Shown one piece after another: positions 12,332 to 26,389 of a stretch of DNA of 64,000 nt. A program made the position numbers and the translations under genes. The first letter of the stretch is position 1. Each line of letters begins with the position of its first letter. The notes beneath the pieces are model-generated. The model searched no databases and had not been told where the DNA came from. It was given only the letters and a program-made list of their open reading frames with translations. This stretch comes from Octopus vulgaris (Eukaryota). The stretch lies in contig OX597822.1 of NCBI GenBank assembly GCA_951406725.2, positions 7,750,001 to 7,814,000 of the forward strand. The letters are read 5' to 3'.

Positions 12332-13200
12332 GAGGGAGAGAGAGAGTGGAGAGGGAGAGAGTGGAAAGGGAGAGAGTGGAGAGGGAGAGAGTGGAGAGGG
12401 AGAGAGAGAGTGGAGAGGAGAGAGAGAGAGTGGAGAGGGAGAGAGAAAGTGGAGAGGGAGAGAGAGAGAATAATATACTGGGAGCTATACCGGATATTTC
12501 ATTGGGCGGTAGGTCTTGGATATCTCGTTAATGAAATTGTAACACTTGTTGAACTGGATGTTGCTACTTGTGTCAGAATCACAGTCGTCTCTATCACCGC
12601 TGGAGTTGCAGTGTCTGCGTTTGCTGCTGCTTATCTTGCTACTTTTTTTGTGCTGCTTCTGTGCTTCTTGCTCACGCCTCTGCTTCCGCTGATACTGCCA
12701 ATGTTACTAGTGTAGAGGCTATACAGTGGTTTTCGGCTTCACAAAATTGCATGTTTGCCTCCTGTCCTCTACAGTGACACGAAGCTTTTTTTGCATTGAG
12801 CCGGTCGTTAAGGTTTTGGATATTTTCTATATCCTCCGGTTTGATTTCAAAGAGTATCTCCAGTACAGTTCTAAACCAAAACTCATTCCCTGTCCTTTTT
12901 CCACGGAAGAGATGGTTGCTGCTCTTCAACATAATATGAGGCAACATCTAGCAGAAAACCAATAATGGTGGAATATTCAAGCTATCCCAAACGCTTATTT
13001 TACATCAGTACTCTACTGCACTCCCCACCGCAAAATAAAACAACAAAAACGAAAAGTAAACTCAAGAGAAAACGAAAATTCAGCAGGAAACGCTTATGAA
13101 ATCTGAGACAAGAATAACCAAGACCTGGATATATCAATGAACCACCAAAAATCCAATAATAATATTTATTTTGATTTCGATCAAGACCGACCATTCTAAC
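11840..13200 (-). mobile_element. Decayed L1/Tx1-like ORF1 (gag-like) region with an internal GA-rich minisatellite
   Basis: KKLRVTVEDRRQTCNF/CEAENHC zinc-knuckle-like motif at ~12720-12795. GA and GAGAGAGTGGAGAGG repeats at 12294-12468. Confidence 0.45.
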
Positions 13201-13639
13201 GTGTAGAAAGGATGAAAAGGCATCTCTTCAGTTCCAGCGAGTAGTTTGTTGTCTCCTCTATGTTATTTTATTATGTCTGTGCTTTGCCTAGGTTTTGGCA
13301 ATGAATTAACAAGAAGTGAAAGAAGCCGAAGTCTTTCGAAGTCTAGTATCAAACTATTGATTTTTAAGTAGATTTGCTAAAGGACTTAAGTGGATTTCAA
13401 AATTAATTGGAAGTTTTCTGAGGTGTTTTATAATTTTAAGTACTTTCCTTAAGGATGATTTTCTGACAAATACACTTAAAGCTAAAACTATTTAGAAAAA
13501 ATGAAATCTTATCTATCTACGAAGTGAGAATGTTGAAAAAGTAACCTCAACGATGCAAGTAAGATTTTTTATGTGCTAGTACAAATGAGTGCTTATAATA
13601 TTGATATGATACATTGGTACAATACAGTTGAATTGTATT

Positions 13640-16250
13640 GTAACATTTAATTGGCAACTAATATTTAATTTACGGTAAATATTTCATCTGTTTTTGGAGG
13701 AAGAATTTTCAAAGGCTGTCTTAAAGATTTGTACATAGACGTTTGTAGAAGCATACTAAATTCTAAATATTGTATAATCAATTGATATAAACGAAGATAC
13801 TGGGACGTTTTGTTGTCGTCAGTTTAACACATAAAATATTTCTTCAAAAACTTGTCAAATGTTTTATTCAACCATGGAAACATTATACACGTTGCTATCA
13901 CTGTTGTTGGTTAGCCTCCTGTCATGTATCGTCGTGCTCATATGTTCTAGATCAATGCTTCTTCAACTATTTGATGTGACGTACCGGCAGTTATTATTTC
14001 AATGTGCCAGGGACCGGTAATATTTCTTAGTAATATTAATTTATACCGGAAACAATATATATAATGAATATAATAAGAATTGACAATTTTTTGATGTTAT
14101 ATTTCTTTTGTAAACAAATAATTTAATATTACATAGGAATTTGATAAGCATTTTATAAGCATTTTACAATGTTTCCGCGGACCTCCACTTTGAGTAGCAG
14201 TCTTCTAGATAACATCATCTAGACAACCAGCAAGATGTTTTGTAATCCATACGAAGTGTAACTAGAACCTTTATATGTAATATGCCGTTCTTTTTACGAA
14301 ACGCGATTGGATACAACTTGGTCGAGATCTTACTGTTATGTTAGCAATCAGACTGACCACGTATAGGCTATCTCGCTGGTGGTATAGAAGAGAAATTTTC
14401 TGAATATTCTGTTATAATCGGATGTTAAGTTAGCTTATAATCATTATAACCTACATGTTTCAACTTTAAAGACATCATTGTCAAAGAAAGGGAGTTGTAA
14501 CTTGAAATTATGTACGAACGTTGAACTACACATATAATTTAGAAAGATAGCATGGTTAATCTATTGTTCTATGGGTATAAAGTGATGGAATGGGATGGAA
14601 GAGAGCGTTAGTGACTGATAAAAGGAAGATATAATTTCTTTCGGTGCAAATAAGATTATCTTTCCATGTGAACGACTTTCACTACTAATCATTACTTGAA
14701 GGTTGATTATTTTGGTAGCCTCAGGTTTCTTGAAATTTCATTCTCTTTAAATTTGTTGTTCTTGGTAATTCTTCAATTTACTTCCAATTTACATTAATAT
14801 TTCAGTAGGACTTAACATCTCCATATTTAATCTTATCATACTACAATTCTTGCATCATTATCAGTAGCAACCCACTCATCGTCAGCCTAATCAGCATCGA
14901 AGTTAAGATCATATTCATCATCAACCTTTAATCCTCTTTCCCCACTTTCCTTACTTATGCTTCTCATCAACAACGCCATACACTTAGTGATAAAAATAAT
15001 TAGCCTCATAAATTTTACCTCCATGATACTAATCAATATTTTCCACATTATCAACCTGCCATACCCTTTACCATCATCTAACCTTTCACCATCCATTGTC
15101 ATCACTCAGCTCTTTAGTATCATCGACTATTTTGCCACTGAATTATCGAAGAATCCTCTTTATCATCGACTGACCTTCACGAAATAGCAATCAGTATTCA
15201 GCTTGCCATAAATCAACGTTTTACAACACAAAGGGAACACGGTGGGGGAGTTTGATTATATTATATCTAACTGAGAAGACTGGAGAGTCGGGTAAATTGT
15301 GTTTTGTAAATGTCAGCACGAACTCAATTACAATAACTAAACCAAAAGCGGTTGCGTTCGTTATTTTAAATATCGCATGTATCAGAACCTCACTTATGGT
15401 GACTGTACTGGCAGAAGAGTGCTAGCATTAAATTTATTCAAATGTCTACTGCACTAGATCACATTCATGTCACCGGTTCACCTTAAAAAAATTATATATA
15501 ACAATCTTGCAGCAGTTCAATGCCTGGCATATTGGTAAAAATGAAACGTTTAACGATATAGTAAATGTGGTAACAAGATATGTTTCTTAATAGGATTTTC
15601 TATATTATCATAACTTTCCCTACCACGGTTTCTGATACGAAGAAATTTGTGATATGAAGCAATCGATTTATAACATATTTTATAATATTTTGATATATTG
15701 TACTAAGAGAAATATGTGATGAGGTATGCAGGAACTATCGCATGCGTGAATTCTCTTGTAAATATATCCTAATAATACCAGCAACTTTTAGTTAAACAAA
15801 ATAAATGTCAATTTCGAGACCATTCCTATAGAAAAATACAAATGAATCAATTTTAGTGAGAAAATGTGAAGACTTGACCACTGAGTAAACAAAACAGAAC
15901 AAGTGTGAACATTTGCCCGTCATATTATAATACGCGGAAGAGATTGTACAATAAAACATGTTTCCATCAGTGTTAGTCGACACACATTTACCCAGTTTAT
16001 AACAACATTGGAAAGAGCAAAATCAGAACAAACGTCTCTTGTTTATGTTAAATCATATCGTACTGTGCCCTGAATTGTTCGACCCAAATAACAATATGGT
16101 TATCATTTATAATGCTTTTGGACAGAAATACAATTACATGGGTAATTCTTGCAGCAGAGCAAGACTGCTTGTGGACGGAAATATGAAACGAATGAGCCAA
16201 GTGAGAGATGTAGCCGTGAGGAAGATCTTAATTACGACGAATCTGATAAA
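13640..16250 (+). pseudogene. Decayed Toll-like receptor, unit T3 (interrupted by a MITE and other inserts)
   Basis: LRRNT-like GCLKDLYIDVCRSIL. LRR-like LSNVLFNHGNII, LAYNH, GANKII..NDF, STNSITITKPKA. LRRCT-like at ~15495-15655. TIR DH*VNK, AEEIVQ (15934-), MLLDRNTITW..EQDCLWTEI (16112-16183). Confidence 0.55.
13953..14202. mobile_element. hAT (Charlie-type) MITE
   Basis: 8-bp TSD TTCTAGAT at 13945-13952 and 14203-14210 (NTCTAGAN is typical of Charlie). Imperfect TIRs CAATGCTTCTTCAA / TTTGAGTAGCAGTC. Confidence 0.75.
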
Positions 16251-16374
16251 GTGAGAGACGATAGAACTCAGCCAGTCAGCAGAAGTAGTATCTGCAGAGA
16301 AAGGGATTAAGTATTTATCATCTCTTGAGTTAATTCATTAAGCTAACACATAATGCATATACGCAACACACAAC

Positions 16375-16710
16375 TGGCACTTTGTCAGTTACGACGACAA
16401 AGATTCCAGCTGATCCGATCATAGGAACAATTTGTTCATGACATTAATGCGTATATCACTGAGCACTCTATATATACGCATACCCTTAACGTAGTTCTCA
16501 GGGAGATTCAACATCACATTGAATATGACAAGGCTAGCCTTTTGAAATACAGGTTCAACTCTTTTTGCCGGCTGAGTGAACAAAAGCAATGTGAACAAAA
16601 GCAATGTGAAATAAAGTATGTTTCTCAAGGACACAAGCGTCACTGGGAATCGAAATCATGACCATACGATCGTGAGTATAATACCCTCTCAAATAAGCCA
16701 AGCGCTTTTA
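16375..16710 (-). mobile_element. tRNA-derived SINE family B, diverged copy
   Basis: Reverse-complement similarity to 18877-19266 (CCCTTAACGTAGT, GGGAATCGAAA). Confidence 0.75.
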
Positions 16711-17060
16711 CATAAGCACAACTGTGTAAAAGGAAAATAGTAGGTACATGGACCAGGGACAGCGGTAGAAAATTAGAATTGTAGGGTTTTGTAGGATATC
16801 ATTAGAGAGGACAAATGTAAATAGTGTAATGTCATAACATCTGAAAAGAGAGTTGGTACAAACGAAATGGTTACAACTTCCAGCTGATAGCTAGAAGACA
16901 GAAAGATGATGCGATAGAGACTCGTGTTTTCGATCTGCAAGGAAAAAATGCGCCAACCTCTGTTGTACACGCATTGCAAGAAAGATTTGAGATTTGAAGA
17001 GACTTGTGTTTAACAAACCTCGTTCCTGCAAATTAAAGTAGCATTTGATAGTTTATAATG

Positions 17061-17145
<85 letters not shown>

Positions 17146-17146
<1 letters not shown>

Positions 17147-17597
17147 TGCCCATCATTGGCTACGAAGCTCACGGCCAAAAGCAGAGAGTGACGACTTTAT
17201 CTTGGTTGCTGAAGATCAGAGCTTATTGACCCGGAACTATCAAGCCAGTGTGAGGAAAAATGGAGTAAACCGAAAGTGCCGATACTGAAACGATGGGGCT
17301 GAAAAATGAACCACCTAATCTCTGTATGTAAGGTTTGGGCACTGTAGCTTACAAATTAAGACATGACAGAGTTGGTCAATATCTACATTGGATAATGTGA
17401 CTGCATTATAAAATCAAATCTGCTGAAAAGTGGTTGAAGCACCACCCTGAGGCTGTAGTTTGGAGAGAAACTTATTTGGGACATTCCAGTATATACAGAC
17501 CGGACCGAAGAAACCAGCTATTCTTGTGAAAGACTCAAACAACAAAGTCTACTTATTGATTGACCGCAATATCTTGACAAAAGTATTTGATAAGCTC
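17146..17597 (+). mobile_element. R4/Dong-clade LINE fragment (CCHC and RLE) inserted after (TAA)n
   Basis: HHWLRSS..AESDDFILVAEDQSLLTRNY..KCRY*..NHLISVC, RHDRVGQYLHW, LWDIPVYTDR..KPAILVKD..LLID. Preceded by (TAA)n at 17063-17145. Confidence 0.8.
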
Positions 17598-17775
17598 GGC
17601 ACTACTTTAAGAGAGTACGACAAAATGAGAGGCGCAAATGTTATTCAGGACAAGTCGTTGGACCTGAATCTCGGCACCTGGAGAGGAAGATCCATACCAA
17701 CCGACAACGAAGTAGGGTTATTGACGGAAGGACCGATTAAATTAATCGGGGTCTATTATATGGTCTTTCCATAAA
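17598..17775 (+). mobile_element. L1/Tx1-like RT-downstream fragment
   Basis: LREYDKMRGANVIQDKSLDLNLGTWRG..TEGPIKLIGV (end of ORF 17460-17774). Confidence 0.5.
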
Positions 17776-17851
17776 ACTAAGATGGAAGAATCCTTGGAAC
17801 ATTTTTATGATTGCTATTGTACAGCTATTCGATAGGATTTAGATGTTGATA

Positions 17852-18113
17852 AATGAATCAGCTGCAAGAAGTAGGCTTCTCTTAAAGAAAAGTTCACAGA
17901 ACTACTTCAAAGCACTTTGTAGTTTTTATATGATGTTCTACATTTTATAATTTGCTAGAATATGATATCAACCTTCATAACAAGTACTTAATTGTATTAT
18001 AATCTTAACCAATTATAACCAATTTCTATGTGATTATTACATGATTTTGTTATGATTATCCAATATTCAAATTTCTTGTAAGTTCGGCACCACTACACTT
18101 CCTTTTGCATATT
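17852..18113. repeat. ~260-bp sequence repeated directly at 25877-26130 (possible decayed pogo/Tc5-like transposon)
   Basis: Clear colinear similarity between the two copies. Weak minus-strand SLLLAADS motif. Confidence 0.6.
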
Positions 18114-18722
18114 TCATTCATTTGTTCTTGGACATCCCTCAAGGCCTACATGTATCTAAAAGTGTAAAACCTTTTGGTATTCACCTGCATTCCGTATGCC
18201 AAGGTATACATATACGAATAGGCAATATCATTTCCTATTCCAAGGTATCTCGCCCCTATTTATGGCAAGCGGGTCTTGATGAGTTTGGAGGTTGTAGAGA
18301 ATATTGAGTATACCAACCCTATTTATAAATCACTTCTTCGTTGCTATCTACTCTTCCTAACTAGCAAAGATTTATACTTCCAGTTGGAATTTGTTAATTC
18401 TCTGACAATCATATACCTATCCTTTAGTTCACAAGAGGTCTAGGTCTCTGATGTTACGGGTGGATGTCACAAAATACACTATTCATGCAGATAGATAGCT
18501 AACATTGGGGAATAACAAGACATTTTATAGAATTAAGTTATCTACTCTGATTAAGCTATAAATTATAATTTTAAAAGTATTTACAGGAGTGATTATTTTT
18601 CTCAAATCTAACAGTATAGTAACAAGCTGCAACTAACGTAAGCAAGTCAGTCGAATTTAGTAATGAAGAAAAGGTTTTATTAATACACCAGGTTACAATC
18701 CAAAACACACACAGACACACAC

Positions 18723-18791
<69 letters not shown>

Positions 18792-18792
<1 letters not shown>

Positions 18793-20385
18793 TAGCATTA
18801 AAGACCCGTCGTTGCCGGGTCATAGTGCTAGTGCATGTATATATGTGTATATATATGTGTGCATATTATATGTACAGGAGGCGCAATGGCCCAGTGGTTA
18901 GGGCAGCGAACTCGCGGTCGTAGGATCGCGGTTTCGATTCCCAGACCGGGCGTTGTGAGTGTTTACTGAGCGAAAACACCTAAAGCTCCACGAGGCTCCG
19001 GCAGGGGATGGTGGTGATCCCTGATGTACACTTTCACTACAACTTTCTCTCACTCTTACTTCCTGTTTCTGTTGTACCTGTATTTCAAAGGGCCGGCCTT
19101 GTCACTCTCTGTGTCACGCTGAATATCCCCGAGACTACGTTAAGGGTACACGTGTCTGTGGAGTGCTCAGCCACTTACACGTTAATTTCACGAGCAGGCT
19201 GTTCCGTTGATCGGATCAACCTGAACCCTCGTCGTCGTAACCGACGGAGTGCTTCCATCCATCCATTACATGTACATCTATATATATACATCTATATATA
19301 TACATCTACGCATAACATACAAAATACAAAGTTATATCTTGATATCGCTAGTGATAACAATACTCAAAATATTTAAAAGACTGGAATTGTTAGCCCGTCT
19401 CTTGTAATTTCGATCAATTGTATCTTGTCCTCCCTCTTGTATAGAAGTGTGGCTACAATCCAGCCTACCTCTATTTCGGAGGGGGGATTTCAAATTTTTT
19501 TTCCGGGACGTCCTACGTCCTAGATATAATGGTAAAAATAAAATATTTCCACTTTGCAAGTTCGAGTCGAGTACTCCCTTGCACGTTCCGTTGACTCGAA
19601 CCTTGCTTCTATTGTGGCGAATTTACCGCCTCTGATTAGATAACTTTCATAGTCGCACCAAGACACTTTTCGAAGGTGCTTTCCTCCATGTGTTCAAATC
19701 TTCTTTTTTCTCTACATTGTATACTTTATAGACAATAGTCTTTTCTTTAATTTAATTTTTTATTATCCATCTGGACTATTCCATTTCTGCACGATAATTT
19801 TATTTTTAATTTAATCTCATTCATGTGAAACCACTTATTGAAGTTCAAATCCTTGATGCAATTTTATACCAATTGCTATTTTTACTTTTGTTATGTTACG
19901 ATTATATTATACTTTAGTTTGATTTTAATTATTACTTACTACATATAATTCAATTGTTATTATTATTTTTATTGTTAAAGTGAAAGCATCTGACATAAAA
20001 TAGAGAAACGTTTTTGTTTCACTTTTAACACATAATACTGAAATAGTGGAGAAGATATGATATTGCTATGGGCTCACTCTAGGAAAAAAGTTCAAAATTC
20101 TTTTTGCCCGTAAAACTACATGGACCCTAAGTAAAGCGTGTGTAAAATTTGAATGGAATTGGTTGTGTAGTTCTCAGGTTTTAGGGAATCGTAATGGGAA
20201 GATATGATATTGCTGTGGGCTCACCCTAGGCAAAAAGTTCAAAAGTGTTTTCGCCGATGATACACCGCGGACCCTAAGTAAGGCATGTATAAAATATGAA
20301 TGAAATTGGTTGTGTAGTTCTCAAGTTTTTGGGAAACACACAGACAGACAGACAGACACACATTCTCAGTTTTATATATATATAA

Positions 20386-20388
<3 letters not shown>
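18792..20388 (-). mobile_element. Non-autonomous Helitron (family H2) with a nested SINE and an internal ~147-bp tandem duplication
   Basis: 5' TCTTTATATATATA..(TGTC)n; 3' hairpin GACCCGGCAACGACGGGTC then CTAG|T. Duplicated unit at ~20051-20185 and ~20198-20335. Confidence 0.85.
18877..19266 (+). mobile_element. tRNA-derived SINE family B, near full length
   Basis: A-box TGGCCCAGTGG, B-box GTTTCGATTCC, (TCCA)n tail. Confidence 0.9.
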
Positions 20389-20479
<91 letters not shown>

Positions 20480-21247
20480 GCATTTATATTAGCCACCTTT
20501 ATGCACAGATGGATGTTAATAACCCTCGCACCTATCTACGATATGATAAGGAAATAAAAATTCTGTTAGCGTACTGTTCGGTTAAGTTTGGTTTAGTTGC
20601 TTTTTTAACATATTTTGTGTAAACTATTTCTAGCCATTTGTAATTATTTGTTTCACTCGATGTGAGAAAAACAATATACCAAAAGAACTCTTATCTTCAG
20701 ATAACGATAACTGTTTGTGCTATTTTTAAGAATCAGTCCGGAAATTAGACATTGCGAAATGCATATGAGAATTATTTATATGATGATTTGTAATTACATA
20801 TTATTGTTTAGGATTACATGGTAGGAAACACATTATGAAAATACAACTTAAATATAATGACAAGAGCGCAAACAAAACATAACCATACAAAACTAGACTC
20901 AAGCTCCTTGTTACATCAATTCTTGACAGAAATAACAAATTCTATGGTTTTTTTAATAAAACGAAAATGAGAACTGAAATGAAATGTAAATATCATTCGA
21001 TAGTTCTATTCGACACAGGCTGTCACAAAGCACAGTATATATATTTAGCGTTTAGCGGGATTATACATGGTCGAAATATTCAAGGTAATTTGACTAATAG
21101 TTTTATATTCGGAAAGGTATGATTTTTAAAGCTATTATTACAGCTGAACACAGCAAGCCTAATGTAATTCTTATATTCACATGATGGAGGGATAGCGTAC
21201 CGCAGTTCATATTACAGACATCTGATATATATACATGCACACACACA

Positions 21248-21452
21248 AGAGGTAATGTTGAAAAGTTCCTGGTTTGAGGTAAAAGAAAATACAGGAGGAT
21301 CAGCTATGATTTTATTCAACACATTTCCCTCTGAGAATCACACACTTATTGTTGCATCGGTCCTTCTATTTTTCTCAGATCTGTAAAAGAAATTGCAAAA
21401 ATGTGCCTCTGATCAGGTCATTCGCGAAACCTCTTAAGCCAGGATATTTTCA
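21248..21452. mobile_element. Mariner-derived MITE
   Basis: TIR-like TGAAAAGTTCCTGG ... CCAGGATATTTTCA. The right TIR is cut by the Helitron insertion. Confidence 0.6.
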
Positions 21453-23380
21453 TCTAGTATATATAAATCGCAGTATGAGTGTGTATAATGACTAACGCAT
21501 ACATTTCTACAATTTGCAACCGGTTTACTTCAAATTTTGCATACACATGAGTTATCTACCGAACATGCTCGTGCACTACAACATTTTGCCTAAAACTCCC
21601 GCCTAAATGGACGTAAATGAACATAGTTTTATTTTTGTGTGTAGGGTCTTCAATACGTTTTTAATCTTTTTTTTTATAAAGGTGAAAGGATTTTGTAATT
21701 TGTTTTTACTTCAACTGCCCACATGCATGGTGACCCAATCAGGAAAGAGGATTTGGAAGCTGTCAGTTTGTTTTCAAGTAAATCAAAATTTATGTTAATT
21801 TAAAAGATTTATCCAAAAATATTATTTAGCTGTTATTTTAAGCACAACACGTGTTATGTATCCGGTAATTATATTTTTAATATAAATAAATGTTTGTATT
21901 AATTTAAAAGATTTTCCACATTCATTGTATGTACATAGTTTTTTTTGTATGTAGGGTCTTCCATACTTTAATCTATATCGTCCTATTTGGCATTAGAGAA
22001 TATATTTGACTGTGATTGAATTGACTAGAAACACTTTTCGCGATGAATACCCAATACCAAACAGTCTCAATCTCTATATTTAAGCAGCATTAAGCTTTGA
22101 CAAGCTTACCTTTACCTATTCTGAGTTACTTGAAAGGTGATATTCCATTACCTCGCTTGTTTGTTAATAACTTTGTTTACTTACCAATGCGTTGGTTCAC
22201 TTTAAGGATGATTATTTACCCATCCTTATGATACTTCGACTGTTGTCCTTTGTTTCAAATACGTTTTAGCATTGAAGTTCTAACCTTTTTTAAACAATCA
22301 CATATGATTCGTCCCAAAGAATCAACATTTAAATAAGAGATTTTGCTACAACTAGCGTTAGCCATGCCTATCTTTCAGAAAGCTCCATTACAAATTTCCT
22401 TTATGCAGCATTTGCTGTTACTTTATGAGCAGGCTATATGGGGAAACAGAGTAAAGGGGCTCTTGTTAGCTTATAATAAACTCGATAGTCAATTGGTACA
22501 CTAAAACGCATTTTCCTTTACCAGACAATGCAAGCATGACACCTAAAAAGAGAGCAGACATTGGCAGAAAGTCCTGTAGACTGTTGAGAAAAGCTGTTGC
22601 TACTAGAGCTGCAACTACTCCAGAGTAGGGTGAAACTTTTCAAGTGCGTACTGCTGACGCAAGGGCCGCAGAAACCCCACAAAGTGTGCTTTCCGTCCGG
22701 CATCCACTTCTGCTACGAGGGCCGAAGAAGCTTCAGAATAGAGTGCCATCCGTCGGGCACGCAACGATGTATCCACTTCTGCCGCAAGGTTGGCAGATGA
22801 AGATTGCTACCGGATGATGAAACTTCAGTTTAATTTTCAGCGGGAAGCTCTTGCCCATGGCTATCGGAAGCCCGTAGACATCAAAAGTTCTGAACTATGC
22901 TGAGGATTATGATACACATCCAGAGACTATTACAAGGGATATGTCTATAATGTACATTTTCTAAGACCCTCAAGTAGATTAGAGAATCGAGTGGCCTATG
23001 CTGCTCAAACGGAAATGTTCGCTTGCCTGACCTGTAAGATACTGCTCAGGCTTTGCTCTCTTTACTCCTTCGTCAACACTCTGATTCGCAGCAATTTATA
23101 CAGAAAATTCGCGCTCAAAACTCTGCCTTCCAGACGACAAGTTTCGGTCACGAATTCATTCATCAAGACTCCTATATGCGAATGTTGAAAATTCAAGGCG
23201 AAAACATCAGATAGGCTCTATTTTACCTGACAACAACGCTGAACACCGATTCCTTCAAGTCTACTTCATGGGAGAGACCACTGATCAAACGGCTCGCTGA
23301 GATTAGGGGCATCTGGAACAAAGTGAAACAAATACCGCCAAAGCAACTTAAACTGTCGAAAGGACGGGTGCGTTTGCTAG
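21453..23380 (+). mobile_element. Internally deleted Helitron retaining a RepHel N-terminal coding relic
   Basis: A|TC start; 3' hairpin CTGTC-GAAAG-GACGG then CTAG|T. 22998-23272 reads CCSNGNVRLPDL..SQQFIQKIRAQNSAFQTTSFG..KIQG..HQIGSILP..RFLQVYFMG. Confidence 0.9.
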
Positions 23381-23468
23381 TACATATATATGTATATATG
23401 TATAGATATACACATGCAGACGCCTACATACACACAGGCACGCACACACACACATACACAAACACACA

Positions 23469-23514
<46 letters not shown>

Positions 23515-23515
23515 T

Positions 23516-23706
23516 AGTTAATCCAAGCATGAAAACACAACAACGCGTGGACGTGGAACAAGTATAGTGTTATTGGATGCTCAGGAAAGGAAAGAAAAGA
23601 AAGAGGATCTCATGTTTCAAGCGGAGCTCTTCGTCAGAAACATAGGAAAAGGAAAGATCCAAGGAAGGGAAGACCGAGGAAAAAATCGCCAACGGTACAC
23701 ACGCGG
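23516..23706 (-). mobile_element. Short Penelope-type pLTR element with a degenerate hammerhead
   Basis: Minus strand GTTT-CTGACGA-AGAGC-TCC-GCTT-GAAAC at 23614-23641. Confidence 0.6.
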
Positions 23707-24058
23707 TATATACATACATATACATGCATACATGTATATACATGTATTCATACGTATGAGTGCGCGTATGCATTGTTTACGGAGAAAATTTGCACCACTT
23801 CCTACGGGATACGAATGCATGTAACACACACATCTTATAGATGACGTATTTAGTTTTGCGTTATAAACGTGTTACCCAATTTATTCGTGGCACATGGACT
23901 GCAATTCTGATTCTTCGCTTGCTATAACTTATCAGCTAAGTATCTTATTTCTGTAGATTTTTAATCTACACTCGCTAGTATGTACGCGAATCCGGCGTAC
24001 GCTGTGGTTGTTATAGTCCTACGGCAGGCATATGCTTGGTGCACATCTTTATAGAAAA

Positions 24059-24450
24059 CTAGCAGTATCGCCCGGCGTTGCTTGGGTTTGTAAGGGAAAT
24101 AACTATATAAGCATTTTTAGAGATATAAAGTATAATAGCCATCTCAATATGGCTAACCACAAAGGTGGGGTGTTACTGTAGCTTTTTATGTTCTGAGATT
24201 TAATAATAAATTTTTAGAGAGTTACTTCCCTTATATATGCCAAAAATGCATTAAACATGGGAAAAATTGATGGTAATTTTTTTTAAATCGTAGACATCGT
24301 AGACGCGCGCTAATACCCGGAAGGGCTCGATATGAATCACGACTATAAGATACCCGCTTTTGGTTAAACTGCACCGCAAAATGTGGGAGTAGTTAGGAAT
24401 CTAAATCGTTGGAGTCAGACAGCACACAACCTCTCTTTTATATATAAAGA
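24059..24450 (-). mobile_element. Non-autonomous Helitron family H1, full length
   Basis: TC...hairpin...CTAG termini at A|T. Near-identical in reverse to 47785-48180. Confidence 0.9.
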
Positions 24451-24934
24451 TAAAGCAAATAATTGACGGGGCTTTTGCATCTGCATGATAGGAAGAAGTC
24501 AAGATCGTCTGTATGTGATGTTTGGCACCCCATAAATAATTTTACGTTAGATGTGACAACGTTGTCTTGCGTTATAAATATTATGGCTTCTACTCGCACT
24601 AGTGGCAGGGATTACGTACAAAAGGGAAACCCTTAACCTCTAGATTTTTTGGATAACTGAAAGTAAATATTAGTGAAATATTATATTTTAAGCATATTTT
24701 TTTTTTCGCGATATTCCGAATTGTTTAACTTGTCAGTGATTAATTCGATATCTTTTAGTATTGAGCTACTTTAAATTCGGGTGGATTGGGTTTTGTAGGT
24801 AATGTGAATGACAGTCGGCATACAGATTCCATATTCCGTAAAGTATATGTAGGTAGTGTTACGTATGGGACAATCTACAACGCAGATGTTACAACACATG
24901 ATTTTATTTATGAATCAATAGAAGTAGTGTATTG

Positions 24935-25870
24935 TACGAGGTGCATTGCAGAAGTTGCTGTGGCATTTTTTCAGGAGAGGTATTTAATAATTTCAAGGAA
25001 AAAAAAAAACACTAATATCCTTGAAAGTAGGATCCTCTGACATCAGTGCACTTGTTACGTAACATTCCTGCCACTTCGTGAAACTCCATGTAATTACTTC
25101 ATCTTCATCTTCAGTATTGGGAACAATCAAAAGTCGCGTGGTGGTGGGGATATAGGGTGTGTGAGGGACGGTTTCGATGCCCAGATCAGTCAAGCACTTC
25201 ATTGCTAGGATGGAATTGTGAATAGTTGCATTGTCCTGGTGCATGCTCAGGCTAGAGACAACCTGTGTATGTAGATGATACCCTTCTTGTCAAAGGTGTG
25301 GACCGTCATGTGCGTATTGGTCAACTTGCTTTGCCTGGCTTTCTTGGGTCTGGGTGATCGGATGCTCTCATTGGGCACTCTGTCACTTATTTCTGGATAC
25401 ACGTAACATCACCAGTCACCAGAGACCCAACTACTCTTAGATTGCAAGTAACAAACTATGCCATATTCCTGCTGCCACCAACATCCCTTTCCTTTTGACC
25501 ATTACTGAGCATTCTGGGAAGAAACTTTGCACAAATTTTGAGCATGAATAATTCGTGAATAATTCTGCGTACAGTTGTCACACCAACTTCAAAGTGTATG
25601 CTTATTATCTTTATAAAACACTCGGCGGTCTTCATGCTGGAGACTGCGAATTTTCTGAACCAGCTCTGATATTCTTGCCTTCCCCTCCCTCCCACTCATA
25701 TTCTACAGTCTTTGAACAACCTTTGTTAGCGAAATAGAGATGCTCAGCTCACACATGTTAAATGATAAATAGCCTAACCATTTCATAAGTTTCTGTTGCC
25801 TTTTTCTCTAGTTGCGTACAAAACTATTGTATATCATGGTCTCAAACAGTTTTCGCATCCCAACTGCATT
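24935..25870 (-). mobile_element. Decayed mariner transposon
   Basis: TA-CGAGG terminus. Minus-strand KICAKFLPRML (WVPxxL), LVTGD, HQDNATIH, ETVPHTPY motifs. Confidence 0.85.
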
Positions 25871-26141
25871 ATATAAATGAGTCATCTGCAAGAAGCAGGC
25901 TTCTCTTAAAAAAAGTTCACAGAATTTCTTCAAAGCACTTTTTAGTCTTTAGATGATGTTCTACATTTTATAATTGGCTAGAATATGAAATTAACCTTCA
26001 TAACAAGTATTTAATTTATATTATATTAACCAATTATAACCAATTTCTGTGATTACTACAGGATTTTATTAGGATTATCCAATATTCAAATTTCTTGTAA
26101 CTACGGCACCACTACACTTCCTATTGCATATATACATATAT

Positions 26142-26226
<85 letters not shown>

Positions 26227-26389
26227 CACACAGTCATATGTAGCGAGAAACAGAGATAAGAGACAGGCATTCTCTGTATAGAATACACCTCATAGTGCTC
26301 AAGGTTTCTAACTTCAGGTAGAGGAGCAGATGTAAGGACAGAGTAATGTATGCCTAACTTACTTGTCTTTACATTTACTCCTCGTGAGT

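Noticed and set aside
13400-13760. Possible hAT transposase C-terminal relic
   Set aside because: Motifs are weak. The 3' part reads better as the N-terminus of TLR unit T3.
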